Source: Thermoplasmata archaeon
GTDB taxonomy: Archaea > Thermoplasmatota > Thermoplasmata > GCA-020350865
NCBI GenBank assembly: GCA_020348445.1
Contig: CP070751.1
Location: 4,321,723-4,385,722 of the forward strand
Direction: 5' to 3'
DNA: 64,000 nucleotides
The position numbers and the translations under genes are program-made. Within the stretch, counting starts at the first letter, position 1. Each line of letters opens with the position of its first letter. This document shows positions 56,701 through 63,033 of the stretch, in pieces. The notes beneath the pieces were generated by a model, which had not been told where the DNA came from, ran no database searches, and saw only the letters and a program-made list of their open reading frames with translations.

Positions 56701-57069
56701 GGCACCTTTAATATTCCCGCAGGCACAACGATCCAACCTGGAGGGTATCTAGTATTCTACATTGGAAACGTTCCATCAACTGATACAGTGAGGCTATACA
56801 ATGCGAAGGGTCAAAGAAAGGATGAAACATCTTTTGCCAGCATACCTTCCGGCTTTGGATGGGGTAGAAATCCAAATAAACAACAGGATTGGTATATAAC
56901 CTACCCCACACCTGGTGATATAAATGTCATACCTGAGTTCAGTGATATTCTTCTCCCTATTTTTATCATGATAATCTTCATCGTGGTAAGAATGTTGAAA
57001 AATGACGAAAAAATATTTAAAAGGATAAACCATGCAAAACTCCGATATGATAGAAACCGGTCCAGATAG
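50773..57069 (+). CDS. Giant trans-envelope protein C (2098 aa): HhH, 6 zinc ribbons, two TPR pairs, ~500-aa acidic decapeptide repeat, NG repeats, TM, shared extracellular module, lamin-tail domain, PEF-CTERM
   Basis: GISPRAAEILYNAGFDDIQKLKSASIQELIEISGID (HHH_5-like); twice LWYSKGVI.ADM.EHELAIK.FDR.L.LD.N.SKAWNAKA.SLAKLGR.NEAS; TM IVVAWLLIVALISFPFILSNL; IPEFSDILLPIFIMIIFIVVRMLK. Confidence 0.85.
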   Translation: MELGSLKIFLSMHGISPRAAEILYNAGFDDIQKLKSASIQELIEISGIDTQTALKIRNVVLKTDFDEKEVKGEIFICSKCGAFVSSSSKKCDVCGASIKDFFEEGKQEAKVEGEIKGVKDHTRDLEDIDNYLNILAGILELKHGDRALTIRKIEKELDTFIDELEGDIPHELYLSKLDIEPLFYCPECGASITKVSDKCEICGLLFGEPIFEPLEFPKDDISIKQLFERDVNKASLLVGISVELKKAQDIPELWYSKGVIFADMEEHELAIKSFDRVLVLDKNNSKAWNAKASSLAKLGRYNEASECFGRVTGLLLRAFETRQKDEEELKIQEDAVLYVCGECGAFIGDYAQTCQTCGSKVIEDIESIVSQIPSHEIEEELPSEIEEELDVISVDQDISTLVDTQLRAKEPALLMSCPECGAFIEKEEKKCNICGLILGVPIEESPEALEEFILATTPIGVEIEKTRHLASINAELKKKPNDLELWYSKGVILADMGEHELAIKCFDRILTLDDNHSKAWNAKAFSLAKLGRFNEASICLAKVAEPVFETFDEIGRYEKELLFEVKERFQTCLTCGVPLNWDDTVCYNCGTAVAEFKEAVEEEAKKGVSRDFRKRWEKISQFEEPIDTDVPVEETKEPEEIEESFEEPKEFEMPYEEPEVPVEEFEEEIEAPFKEPEELELPHEEPEELEIPFEEFEAPIEEPEEIKAPFKEPEELELPYEEQEEIEVPVEEFEEEVEAPIEEPEEIEAPFEELEELELPHEEPEEFEVPIEEAKKVEASFEEPEEFKVPIEEAEKDETPFEEPEEFELPMEEPDEVEVHEEEPVVFELVQEEPVEVEAPVEEPKEVELPVEEPKEVEVPVEEFKEEIEAPIEEPEEVEAPVEEPKEIEVPVEEFEEEFLIKELNEFGALLEEPEEVEAPLEEPEEVEVAFEELEEFELPKEEPEEIEVPFEEPEDIEAPLEELEEVTVPLKELEDIAFPIIEPEEVEIPLEEIEDIEAPLEELEEVEVPVEEPEDIEAPLEEPEAVEVPLEELEDIEVRIEEPKEVEVPIEEPEEVKAPFEELEEFELPKEEPEEIEIPLEELEDIGAPLEELEEVEAPFEELEEFELPKEEPEEIPFEEPKGVDTLSEELEKRGVHSCPNCGWPFEEGAFECDICGADVEIFKEVPSIEDKGLISIGAEPETGAKISGLTNGLTNGTRAHRGGLVNGNGITNGFTNGITNGLTNGLKKARLGLTNGITNGLTNGLTNGLTNGLRALKMGITNGITNGNGITNGLSAQTVKTTTKKSASRIVVAWLLIVALISFPFILSNLSEESKIVEIDGNFREWRDIPGYSDSSMDQIYNQDINIDEYKLKLNNLGELAFYLRVNGTMLNGAYGMDSVNIFIDEDDNFDTGYKISTLGADKMIAVWGWDNIIYDGGYSEFNMSHSQLDLNGFDIFYEIPTAIDKDKLETKLWLSVLNVELNRPVKVLFNARDTAGNEDISDVIISQIDGALLINEISIAPLEIPKGANRLPMLKLELSANGEDILLKSMNLTITGTVTSNDLTGISIYLDSNENGILDGTGDEEIARIDNGIDESKVNVPVSLSIIEDKEETLFVTIDVSYEVQDIKTIGIRIAEPSDVIFEPGVITLIPVYVTSSYIGDVGDNITIDGAFADWKNHPSRSDAHHDVRNQGNLIENLNVDIANYNVQNDFHALSFYLDVGGTMLGGVTVPWNATRPSEPIRGGPVDSDGDGIPDVEEASEFRHDFDNDAGSPDELDNPVRPNTGPDGYDHDSDNDGQEDWPWGNDTILKQPKTGRKRYIGEPRPPPKLPVVTGEDVAYIFIDADNDKSTGYYVNEIFGADFMLNISGKGNLITSKYINRFNSTNIRSWKWNIIGNLSAAIDSHALEAKADFDVLDILPNETFSIWFFTTDWRDSYDLSDYSLSDTRDIRGTRAGKGNPIINEIYPDTNGWVELYNPTNKQLRLTGWSITFSGGTFNIPAGTTIQPGGYLVFYIGNVPSTDTVRLYNAKGQRKDETSFASIPSGFGWGRNPNKQQDWYITYPTPGDINVIPEFSDILLPIFIMIIFIVVRMLKNDEKIFKRINHAKLRYDRNRSR
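52660..54140 (+). repeat. Degenerate 30-bp / 10-aa acidic tandem repeat EE(P/L)EE(I/V/F)E(A/V/L/I)P(F/L/I/V)
   Basis: Roughly 45-50 units by eye; includes near-exact higher-order duplications (about 63 nt at 53941 and 54061 differ at 2 positions). Confidence 0.92.
54340..54600 (+). repeat. [LIVF]TNG repeat tract in protein C
   Basis: GLTNGLTNGT..GLVNGNGITNGFTNGITNGLTNGL..GLTNGITNGLTNGLTNGLTNGLRALKMGITNGITNGNGITNGL. Confidence 0.95.
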
Positions 57070-58708
57070 AACCGTATCTGCAAGCGATGTGGAGAAGTAC
57101 GGTTACTGCCCATTAAGTTGGTGGCTTTCAGAACAAAATGAGAGTGAGAAGGCTGAGAACCTGAAAAGAGGTATTCATAACCACGTTCAAATTGGTAAAG
57201 ATGTGAAAAACATCAAAGTCAAAGAGAAAAGGAGCGAGGAATCTGAGCGAAGCGTAATCTGGTTCTCCTTAATCGCTATTATTATCGGCATCAATGGTGT
57301 AGCAATTGTCTACACCATCTACTCGCCTTCCCAACAAGGTGAAACGATAATGATTTTACTATCTATAATTGCTGCGATTTGGGTATTTGTGGCTGCATTT
57401 TTCTTTTATTGGGGTACGAAAATGGAAAGAGAAACAAAGCGCACTACAATGGCTATCTCTAGTCAAAGAGCCATCTCAACGAAATATAAACCTGATAGCA
57501 GCACTGATTCGGAAATAGTGATAAAAAAAAGGGTAAAAGAAGCCAAATGGAGTACCCTTTTATTTTTTATGGTTAGTGGTATTTTGGCTTTGAATGCATT
57601 ATTTATTTTATTTAGTATAGGTGAAACCAATGTTGAGTTTATAAGCAGTATATTTCTTTTCTTATCCCTGATATGGCTTTTTGGCAGCTCCTTTTTCTAT
57701 TATAATTCATTGAAAAGAGAAATTGTATCAAAAGAAAAGAAGCAAGATGAAAAAGCGATTGTAAAACCCTCATTTTCAGATTCTGAGATATCAATAGTAT
57801 TATTTGCTATTGTGGCCACTGTTTTAGCATCAAATAGCCTTGCTATATATCAAAGCCCACATACGAATATCGGCATGATAATTCTAATAATGGCTGTGTT
57901 GTGGCTGTACGGGGGATTTATTTTCTTATATAGGGCAATAAGAGCAGATGTGAAGCTAAAGTTGCTGATCAATAGACTTTTTAGGCCCGTGGATAGTATA
58001 AGAGGGAAAATAGCCACCCGAGTCAAACTCAGTCGTGAAATAGAGGTAGAGAAATTAAATTACGAGCAAATAGTAATATGGTTTGCAGCAATATCAATGG
58101 TACTAGCAATAAATGCCATTTTAATGAACTTCACAAGGAGCCTTGAAGAGGAGATATATGGTACTTTAATAGCCCACATTTTTGAGGTCGTTGCTTTACT
58201 TTGGTTAATTGGTGCATTTTTCTTCTTATATAGGGTCATGCTTCATTCTTTAACTGCATCGAAATTGAGAACAGAACACGGTATTTCTGAGGGTAAGATA
58301 GATTATGTGGATGCCCTGGATGGGCAATCAGAAATGCTAAGATCTGAGAAATACGGACTTCGGGGAAGGCCAGATTATATCCTAGATAAAAAAGGAGAAC
58401 TCATACCTGTTGAGGTAAAGACAGGCCGCATACCGCGAGGTCCTCTTTTTTCCCATATAATACAATTGGCTGCCTATTGTTTGCTTTTGGAAGAAAAAAA
58501 TAACCGCACTCCTCCGTACGGCATTATCAAATATGGCGACACTCAGCATAAAATAGAATACACAAAAGAACTGAGGGATATTCTTATTAATAAACTTGAT
58601 GAGATGAAAAAAATCATGGTAACTGGGGAAGCTCATAGAAATCATAGACGGGAAAATAAATGTAGGGGCTGCTCCAGAAGAGAAATATGTCCCGAAAGAT
58701 TGGCCTAA
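57047..58708 (+). CDS. Solo Cas4-family (RecB-like PD-(D/E)XK, 4Fe-4S) nuclease with an 8-TM insertion
   Basis: N-terminal ASDVEKYGYCPLSWW (Cys1) and RGIHNH; eight hydrophobic segments; then RGRPDY, PVEVKTG, IQLAAY and CRGCSRREIC (C-x2-C-x5-C). Start overlaps the end of protein C (57032 also possible). Confidence 0.85.
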   Translation: MIETGPDRTVSASDVEKYGYCPLSWWLSEQNESEKAENLKRGIHNHVQIGKDVKNIKVKEKRSEESERSVIWFSLIAIIIGINGVAIVYTIYSPSQQGETIMILLSIIAAIWVFVAAFFFYWGTKMERETKRTTMAISSQRAISTKYKPDSSTDSEIVIKKRVKEAKWSTLLFFMVSGILALNALFILFSIGETNVEFISSIFLFLSLIWLFGSSFFYYNSLKREIVSKEKKQDEKAIVKPSFSDSEISIVLFAIVATVLASNSLAIYQSPHTNIGMIILIMAVLWLYGGFIFLYRAIRADVKLKLLINRLFRPVDSIRGKIATRVKLSREIEVEKLNYEQIVIWFAAISMVLAINAILMNFTRSLEEEIYGTLIAHIFEVVALLWLIGAFFFLYRVMLHSLTASKLRTEHGISEGKIDYVDALDGQSEMLRSEKYGLRGRPDYILDKKGELIPVEVKTGRIPRGPLFSHIIQLAAYCLLLEEKNNRTPPYGIIKYGDTQHKIEYTKELRDILINKLDEMKKIMVTGEAHRNHRRENKCRGCSRREICPERLA

Positions 58709-59064
58709 TCCTCCTCATCTTCCTTACTTTCATCATCATTATTGATATTAGGATTCTTTTGAGCCATTAAAGAGTCAAGTTTGGTATTAATGGACTTAAT
58801 CTCTTCTCGCATTTTCAACATTTCCTCCTCAAAAGGGGTAAAGCCTCCTATAGAGAGGATTCTATGGCTAAGGAACATACCAATGAAAATCGCACCGATG
58901 AGGGCCATCAGAATTAGGGCTACCCATGTGACAATTGCCATCCTGACGAAAAAGAACACATCTGTGATATCTGGATAAAAGAAAAGGGTAAGGAATAATG
59001 CAATAATACCCAACAATATTATCCATCCTATCAATGATTTTGGAGTTTTAACCTTCAATTTCAT
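58705..59064 (-). CDS. Hypothetical two-TM protein with C-terminal coiled coil
   Basis: Two hydrophobic segments then EEEMLKMREEIKSINTKLDSL; its stop overlaps the Cas4 stop convergently, and an ATGA-type overlap links it to the upstream gene. Confidence 0.7.
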   Translation of the reverse strand: MKLKVKTPKSLIGWIILLGIIALFLTLFFYPDITDVFFFVRMAIVTWVALILMALIGAIFIGMFLSHRILSIGGFTPFEEEMLKMREEIKSINTKLDSLMAQKNPNINNDDESKEDEED

Positions 59065-59483
59065 TCCTTTCTCTCCATAATGATCTTATGGGGAAACGTT
59101 TTTTCAACTTCATGATTATCCCCAGATTTCTTGATATACATTTTCATTTCCCCATCATCATCAAACAGTCTAATAGTACCTTTGTACTCATATTCCTTTT
59201 GTTTATCCCAAACAGAGACATGTAGAAGAAAAGCTTCAAGGGATGTGCTCATGTGAGATTCATAGGTATAATTTTCTTCTAAGCTCTCATCTTTTATTCT
59301 TATTGTGATGTTTGAAAATAGACGGTCATCTATACCGCGTATGAAGATTTTCGTCTCTTCAGTCTCTTCAATATAATCAATTAAAATTGTGGGTATCCCA
59401 GATAATGGGGGTTGATTCTCTGTACATCCCGTTAGGATGAAAAGGAAAAAAACAACACCTAAACTAAGGTATTTATATGGCAT
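59061..59483 (-). CDS. Putative lipoprotein
   Basis: MPYKYLSLGVVFFLFILTG/C lipobox-like signal followed by a beta-rich soluble domain. Confidence 0.65.
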   Translation of the reverse strand: MPYKYLSLGVVFFLFILTGCTENQPPLSGIPTILIDYIEETEETKIFIRGIDDRLFSNITIRIKDESLEENYTYESHMSTSLEAFLLHVSVWDKQKEYEYKGTIRLFDDDGEMKMYIKKSGDNHEVEKTFPHKIIMERKE

Positions 59484-59614
59484 CGTATCCTAATAAACTA
59501 TAAAGTATTTAAAAGTTAGATGAGCTTGGACTACTCCAACTGGGTTAAACCTTTCGTAACCAGAGGGAAGACAAAAAAGTAAAGAAAGTGGAGTGAATTT
59601 ATGAAAAACTGGTA

Positions 59615-59905
59615 TTAATAGCGGTATTCGTCGCGATATCCTGGTTGTTGGTATGACGTTCCACGAGGTTGGGTTGTTCCCCGACCGTCTAGTTGGTTGG
59701 CCTTCATTTCCATCTCGCGCACTTGAGCTTGTATCTTTTTTAATTTTGCTTCTAATTTTGCTGCCTCGCCCCTCTTTTTTGCGACCTTAGCCCTTAATTT
59801 AGCCGCCTTGGCCGTGGCTTTTGCATCCTTTTGTACGGCCTTGGCCTTCTTGACCTGGTCCTTAGCTCTTTGCTTAGCAGCTTTTACTTGAGTTCTATTA
59901 CTCAT
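59615..59905 (-). CDS. Small Lys/Ala-rich coiled-coil protein
   Basis: KAAKQRAKDQVKKAKAVQKDAKATAKAAKLRAK..AAKLEAKLKKIQAQVREME with a polar QPxY tail. Confidence 0.6.
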   Translation of the reverse strand: MSNRTQVKAAKQRAKDQVKKAKAVQKDAKATAKAAKLRAKVAKKRGEAAKLEAKLKKIQAQVREMEMKANQLDGRGTTQPRGTSYQQPGYRDEYRY

Positions 59906-60034
59906 AGATATCACATTAGCATATATTCGTACCCGTTTATAAACCTTGCCATGTTATTCTTTAATCTTGAAATCGTACTGGGAGATGTATATAAATATAC
60001 TTATATATGAAAATAATAAGCGAGGTATACGATA

Positions 60035-60053
60035 CCCCAAAACTTTTATATAC
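60035..60053 (+). promoter_or_regulatory. BRE-TATA promoter of the rpl7ae operon
   Basis: CCAAAACTTTTATATAC about 90 bp upstream of ATG 60141. Confidence 0.55.
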
Positions 60054-60140
60054 CGATTCTCTACCCTACTTCGCTCTTTTAGAGCCAATGATTGATGAAG
60101 TGATCTGCATAAAATGCAGAAAACAGAAGGAGGTACAAAT

Positions 60141-60512
60141 ATGGTGAAAAACATCTATGTCAGATTCGAAATGCCCAAAGAACTCGTGGATAAAACATAT
60201 GAAGCTGTTGAACTGGCAAGAGATTCCGGAAAAGTTCGAAAAGGAGTAAACGAGGTAACAAAACTCGTGGAGAGGGGGAGTGTGGCCTTCGTTGTCATGT
60301 CCGAGGATGTCCAACCCCCGGAGATTTTGGCGCACATGCCCATTCTTTGTGAGGAGAAGAACATCATATACGCTTATGTACCCAGTAAACAGGAATTGGG
60401 AGTGGCATCGGGATTAAAGGTTCCCACAGCAAGTGTTGCTATCATCGATCCAGGGAAGGGTAAGCAGCTTTTGGAGGACCTGATCTCCAAAATAAAATCA
60501 CTGAGAAAATAA
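60141..60512 (+). CDS. rpl7ae: 50S ribosomal protein L7Ae
   Basis: [42 protein letters not shown]; GGAGGT RBS. Confidence 0.97.
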   Translation: MVKNIYVRFEMPKELVDKTYEAVELARDSGKVRKGVNEVTKLVERGSVAFVVMSEDVQPPEILAHMPILCEEKNIIYAYVPSKQELGVASGLKVPTASVAIIDPGKGKQLLEDLISKIKSLRK

Positions 60513-60524
60513 GGAGTCGTTAAG

Positions 60525-60731
60525 ATGGTTGAAGGTATACCTGCTGAGGTTATAGAATTGATTGGCAGGACAGGTATGACGGGTGAGGCAACACAGGTTA
60601 AGGTCAGGGTCTTAGACGGTAGGGATAAGGGCAGAATCATCACCCGGAATGTGAAAGGCCCTGTTCAGTTGGGCGATATTCTCTTGCTCCAGGAGACTGC
60701 TAGAGAAGCAAGAAAACTCAGCATTAAATAG
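60525..60731 (+). CDS. rps28e: 30S ribosomal protein S28e
   Basis: [42 protein letters not shown]. Confidence 0.97.
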   Translation: MVEGIPAEVIELIGRTGMTGEATQVKVRVLDGRDKGRIITRNVKGPVQLGDILLLQETAREARKLSIK

Positions 60732-60745
60732 TTGTGCGTGAGAAC

Positions 60746-61102
60746 ATGGTTGAGCGTAGAGTGTGCTCGTTTTGTGGAAACGAAATAGAACCCGGTACAG
60801 GGAAGATGTATATTAAGATAGACGGAACAGTGTACAACTTCTGTAAAAACAAATGCCACAAGAACCTAATCGAGCTCAAAAGGGTCCCAAGAAGGACCAC
60901 ATGGACCCAGCCCTATATGAGGGAAAAGTCGGCCAAGATGTCCACAAAGGAGAAGAAGGTAAAGAAGAAAGGCAAGGGAAAACCAGTAAAGAAAAAGGTG
61001 AAGAAACGAAAAAAGGTCGCCGATACAAAATCTAAAGATGAAAAAGAGAAGGAAAGTAAAAAGGAAACTGGTAAAAAGGTTGAGAAAAAGGAGGAGAAAT
61101 AA
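60746..61102 (+). CDS. rpl24e: 50S ribosomal protein L24e with Lys-rich C-terminal extension
   Basis: CSFCGNEIEPGTGKMY..FCKNKC..PRRTTWT, then about 55 aa of K/E-rich tail. Confidence 0.95.
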   Translation: MVERRVCSFCGNEIEPGTGKMYIKIDGTVYNFCKNKCHKNLIELKRVPRRTTWTQPYMREKSAKMSTKEKKVKKKGKGKPVKKKVKKRKKVADTKSKDEKEKESKKETGKKVEKKEEK

Positions 61103-61124
61103 TTATTAAAAAGGAGGGGGCTTC

Positions 61125-61574
61125 ATGGAGCAGACTTTAGTATTGTTAAAACCAGGTTCGATTCAAAGAGGTTTGATGGGCAGTATAATCTCCAGGTTCG
61201 AGAACCGAGGATTGAAGATAGTGGCCATGAAGATGATGCAGGTATCAACCGAACTTGCAAAGCAACATTATGCAGAGCATACAGAAAAACCATTTTTCGG
61301 GGAGCTTGTAAGTTACATCACCTCCGGTCCCGTGGTCGCCATGGTCTTGGAGGGGCCAAATGCCATCTCCGTTGTAAGGGACATGAACGGTAAGACAGAT
61401 CCTCAGGAGGCTGCACCAGGCACCATTCGCGGGGATTTCGGTCTTTTTACGGGAAAGAACATAGTCCATGGCTCGGATTCTAAGGAGAGTGCAATAAGGG
61501 AGATTGCGCTTTTTTTTAAGGCAGAGGAATTTGTTACCTATAAGAAGTGCGATGAGGATTGGATATACGAGTGA
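61125..61574 (+). CDS. ndk: Nucleoside diphosphate kinase
   Basis: [42 protein letters not shown]. Confidence 0.97.
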   Translation: MEQTLVLLKPGSIQRGLMGSIISRFENRGLKIVAMKMMQVSTELAKQHYAEHTEKPFFGELVSYITSGPVVAMVLEGPNAISVVRDMNGKTDPQEAAPGTIRGDFGLFTGKNIVHGSDSKESAIREIALFFKAEEFVTYKKCDEDWIYE

Positions 61575-61611
61575 AGTCGGATACTTCCAATTGAATCCGA
61601 GTTCTTTTAAG

Positions 61612-61646
61612 AAAAGGTGGCAAATGCCCACTTTTTCATTTTGCCT
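61612..61646. terminator. Possible bidirectional terminator between ndk and the convergent AlbA gene
   Basis: AAAAGGTGGC-AAAT-GCCCACTTTTT: bulged hairpin flanked by A and T runs. Confidence 0.4.
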
Positions 61647-62925
61647 CGTACTTTATTTGGGGCCCCTTCCCTATCTTTTTTACAAGACCAAATCGCATCA
61701 TTTTTTTCATGTGGAGTAGGACAGATGGTTTGGATAACCCAATAGCCTTGGAGATTTCCCCGCTTTTTTTCGGTTCCTTTAGGATCTTTAGTATCTTCAG
61801 ATCCACATGGTCCAAAAGGGTATCAAAGTCTTTTGAAAGCGTTATATCGAATCTGTGGGGTCTGCAGTCAAAATCCAATTTAAGCCAAGGGTGTTTCTTC
61901 ACCTCTGCTCTGATCATGTTAATGCCATTACCATATCTTTCAATGAATCCGGCATCAAAAAGAAGATTACATAGTGCAGGATTTCTTGGAATGTGTTCGG
62001 GATCATCCAAATCGACCCCGGGTAAAAGTCCCCCTGGATTTCTTATTACTATCCGGTTTGCGTGCAAAAACACCCTGATATCTGCCTGTATCATATAGTT
62101 GCGGTGTGCAATTGCATTTATTATGGCCTCTCTTATGGCGCGAAAAGGGTACTCCTCCACCTTTTTCCTCCTTGTGGATATGATGACCTCTGTTTTTCCT
62201 GTTTCCCTGAGGACATCTGTATAAATATCTTCTATTATTCTCCAAACTGGTCCTGCATACTCTTTACTTCCCACAGGTTCGTTATCCTCCATATATATCA
62301 ATCGGAGTTTCGACCAGGGAATGATTTCTGTTCCGTTTGTGAAAAAAAGTGCTCCTGCGTTGGTCAGCTTATCTTTTTTGGCCGCACCAATACTTCGAAG
62401 ATATCGTGTCCATTGTTTTTTATCTATCTTCCTGCCCCTGGTCTCTTCCATCCTGTCAAAGAACCATTTTATATATTCTTTTTTCGCTTGCTTAAAAGGG
62501 GCGGTGGGAGCGCTATCCCAATCAACGGTCCCCAATTCAGATGAAAGTACAAGGACTTCCTGAATTGACAATGGCCTTATTCCCGCACCAATGCGAATGT
62601 AGGCCATTCCGCCCATGGAACACAGGACATTTGATTTCTCTACCTCAATTACCAGAACCTCTTTCTTTTCTAATAAAAACTTGTTTGTGGATATCTTCGG
62701 GGAGGGAATTACGGACTGCAGGGAATTTGCGATTATATTCATTGCTTTCTTGATATCTGTTCCCACGATGGTTCCATCATCATCCACCCCAATCAGTATA
62801 TGTCCGCCCTCGGCATTGGCCAGTGCGATGATAACCTTCTGAATATCCTTTCCAGGGCTCTTTTTGAACTCTATATGTTCCGATTCACCGGCCTTAATCA
62901 GATTCAACAAATCACTGAGGTTCAT
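61636..62925 (-). CDS. Schlafen/AlbA_2 + HATPase_c_4 (RecG-C-like) + C-terminal wHTH protein
   Basis: GESEHIEFKKS..ALANAEGGHILIGVDDDG; YPFRAIREAIINAIAHRNY..IRNPGGL..PRNPALC..IERYGNGI; DLKILKIL..SGEISKAIGLSKPSVLLHMKKM. Confidence 0.9.
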   Translation of the reverse strand: MNLSDLLNLIKAGESEHIEFKKSPGKDIQKVIIALANAEGGHILIGVDDDGTIVGTDIKKAMNIIANSLQSVIPSPKISTNKFLLEKKEVLVIEVEKSNVLCSMGGMAYIRIGAGIRPLSIQEVLVLSSELGTVDWDSAPTAPFKQAKKEYIKWFFDRMEETRGRKIDKKQWTRYLRSIGAAKKDKLTNAGALFFTNGTEIIPWSKLRLIYMEDNEPVGSKEYAGPVWRIIEDIYTDVLRETGKTEVIISTRRKKVEEYPFRAIREAIINAIAHRNYMIQADIRVFLHANRIVIRNPGGLLPGVDLDDPEHIPRNPALCNLLFDAGFIERYGNGINMIRAEVKKHPWLKLDFDCRPHRFDITLSKDFDTLLDHVDLKILKILKEPKKSGEISKAIGLSKPSVLLHMKKMMRFGLVKKIGKGPQIKYEAK

Positions 62926-62929
62926 ATTT

Positions 62930-63011
62930 TACTGTAAAGTAATGTAAACCTTAAATACTTTACGGTAAGCATCTACTGTAAAGAAAAACCACTTTACAGT
63001 ATTTAACAGTA
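62930..63011 (-). promoter_or_regulatory. Promoter of the AlbA gene embedded in six copies of a TACTGTAAAG motif
   Basis: Copies at 62930-62939(+), 62940-62949(+, 2 mismatches), 62958-62967(-, 1), 62974-62983(+), 62992-63001(-), 63002-63011(-, 2); TATTTAAG box at 62957-62950. Confidence 0.7.
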
Positions 63012-63033
63012 GATTGGTCGATATCGAGGATCA

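Noticed and set aside
57047-58260. The 8-TM region as the archaeosortase for the PEF-CTERM proteins
   Set aside because: It contains no Cys for the Cys-Arg-His/Asn catalytic set and is a four-fold hairpin repeat embedded in Cas4.
37387-58708. CRISPR-Cas locus suggested by the Cas4 homolog and the many repeats
   Set aside because: No repeat-spacer array, cas1, cas2 or effector genes are visible; all repeats are in-frame coding repeats without unique spacers.
59615-59905. Histone H1-like / HC2 protein
   Set aside because: The Lys/Ala pattern is proline-free and continues into a clear heptad coiled coil, unlike PAKK-type H1 tails; kept as hypothetical.
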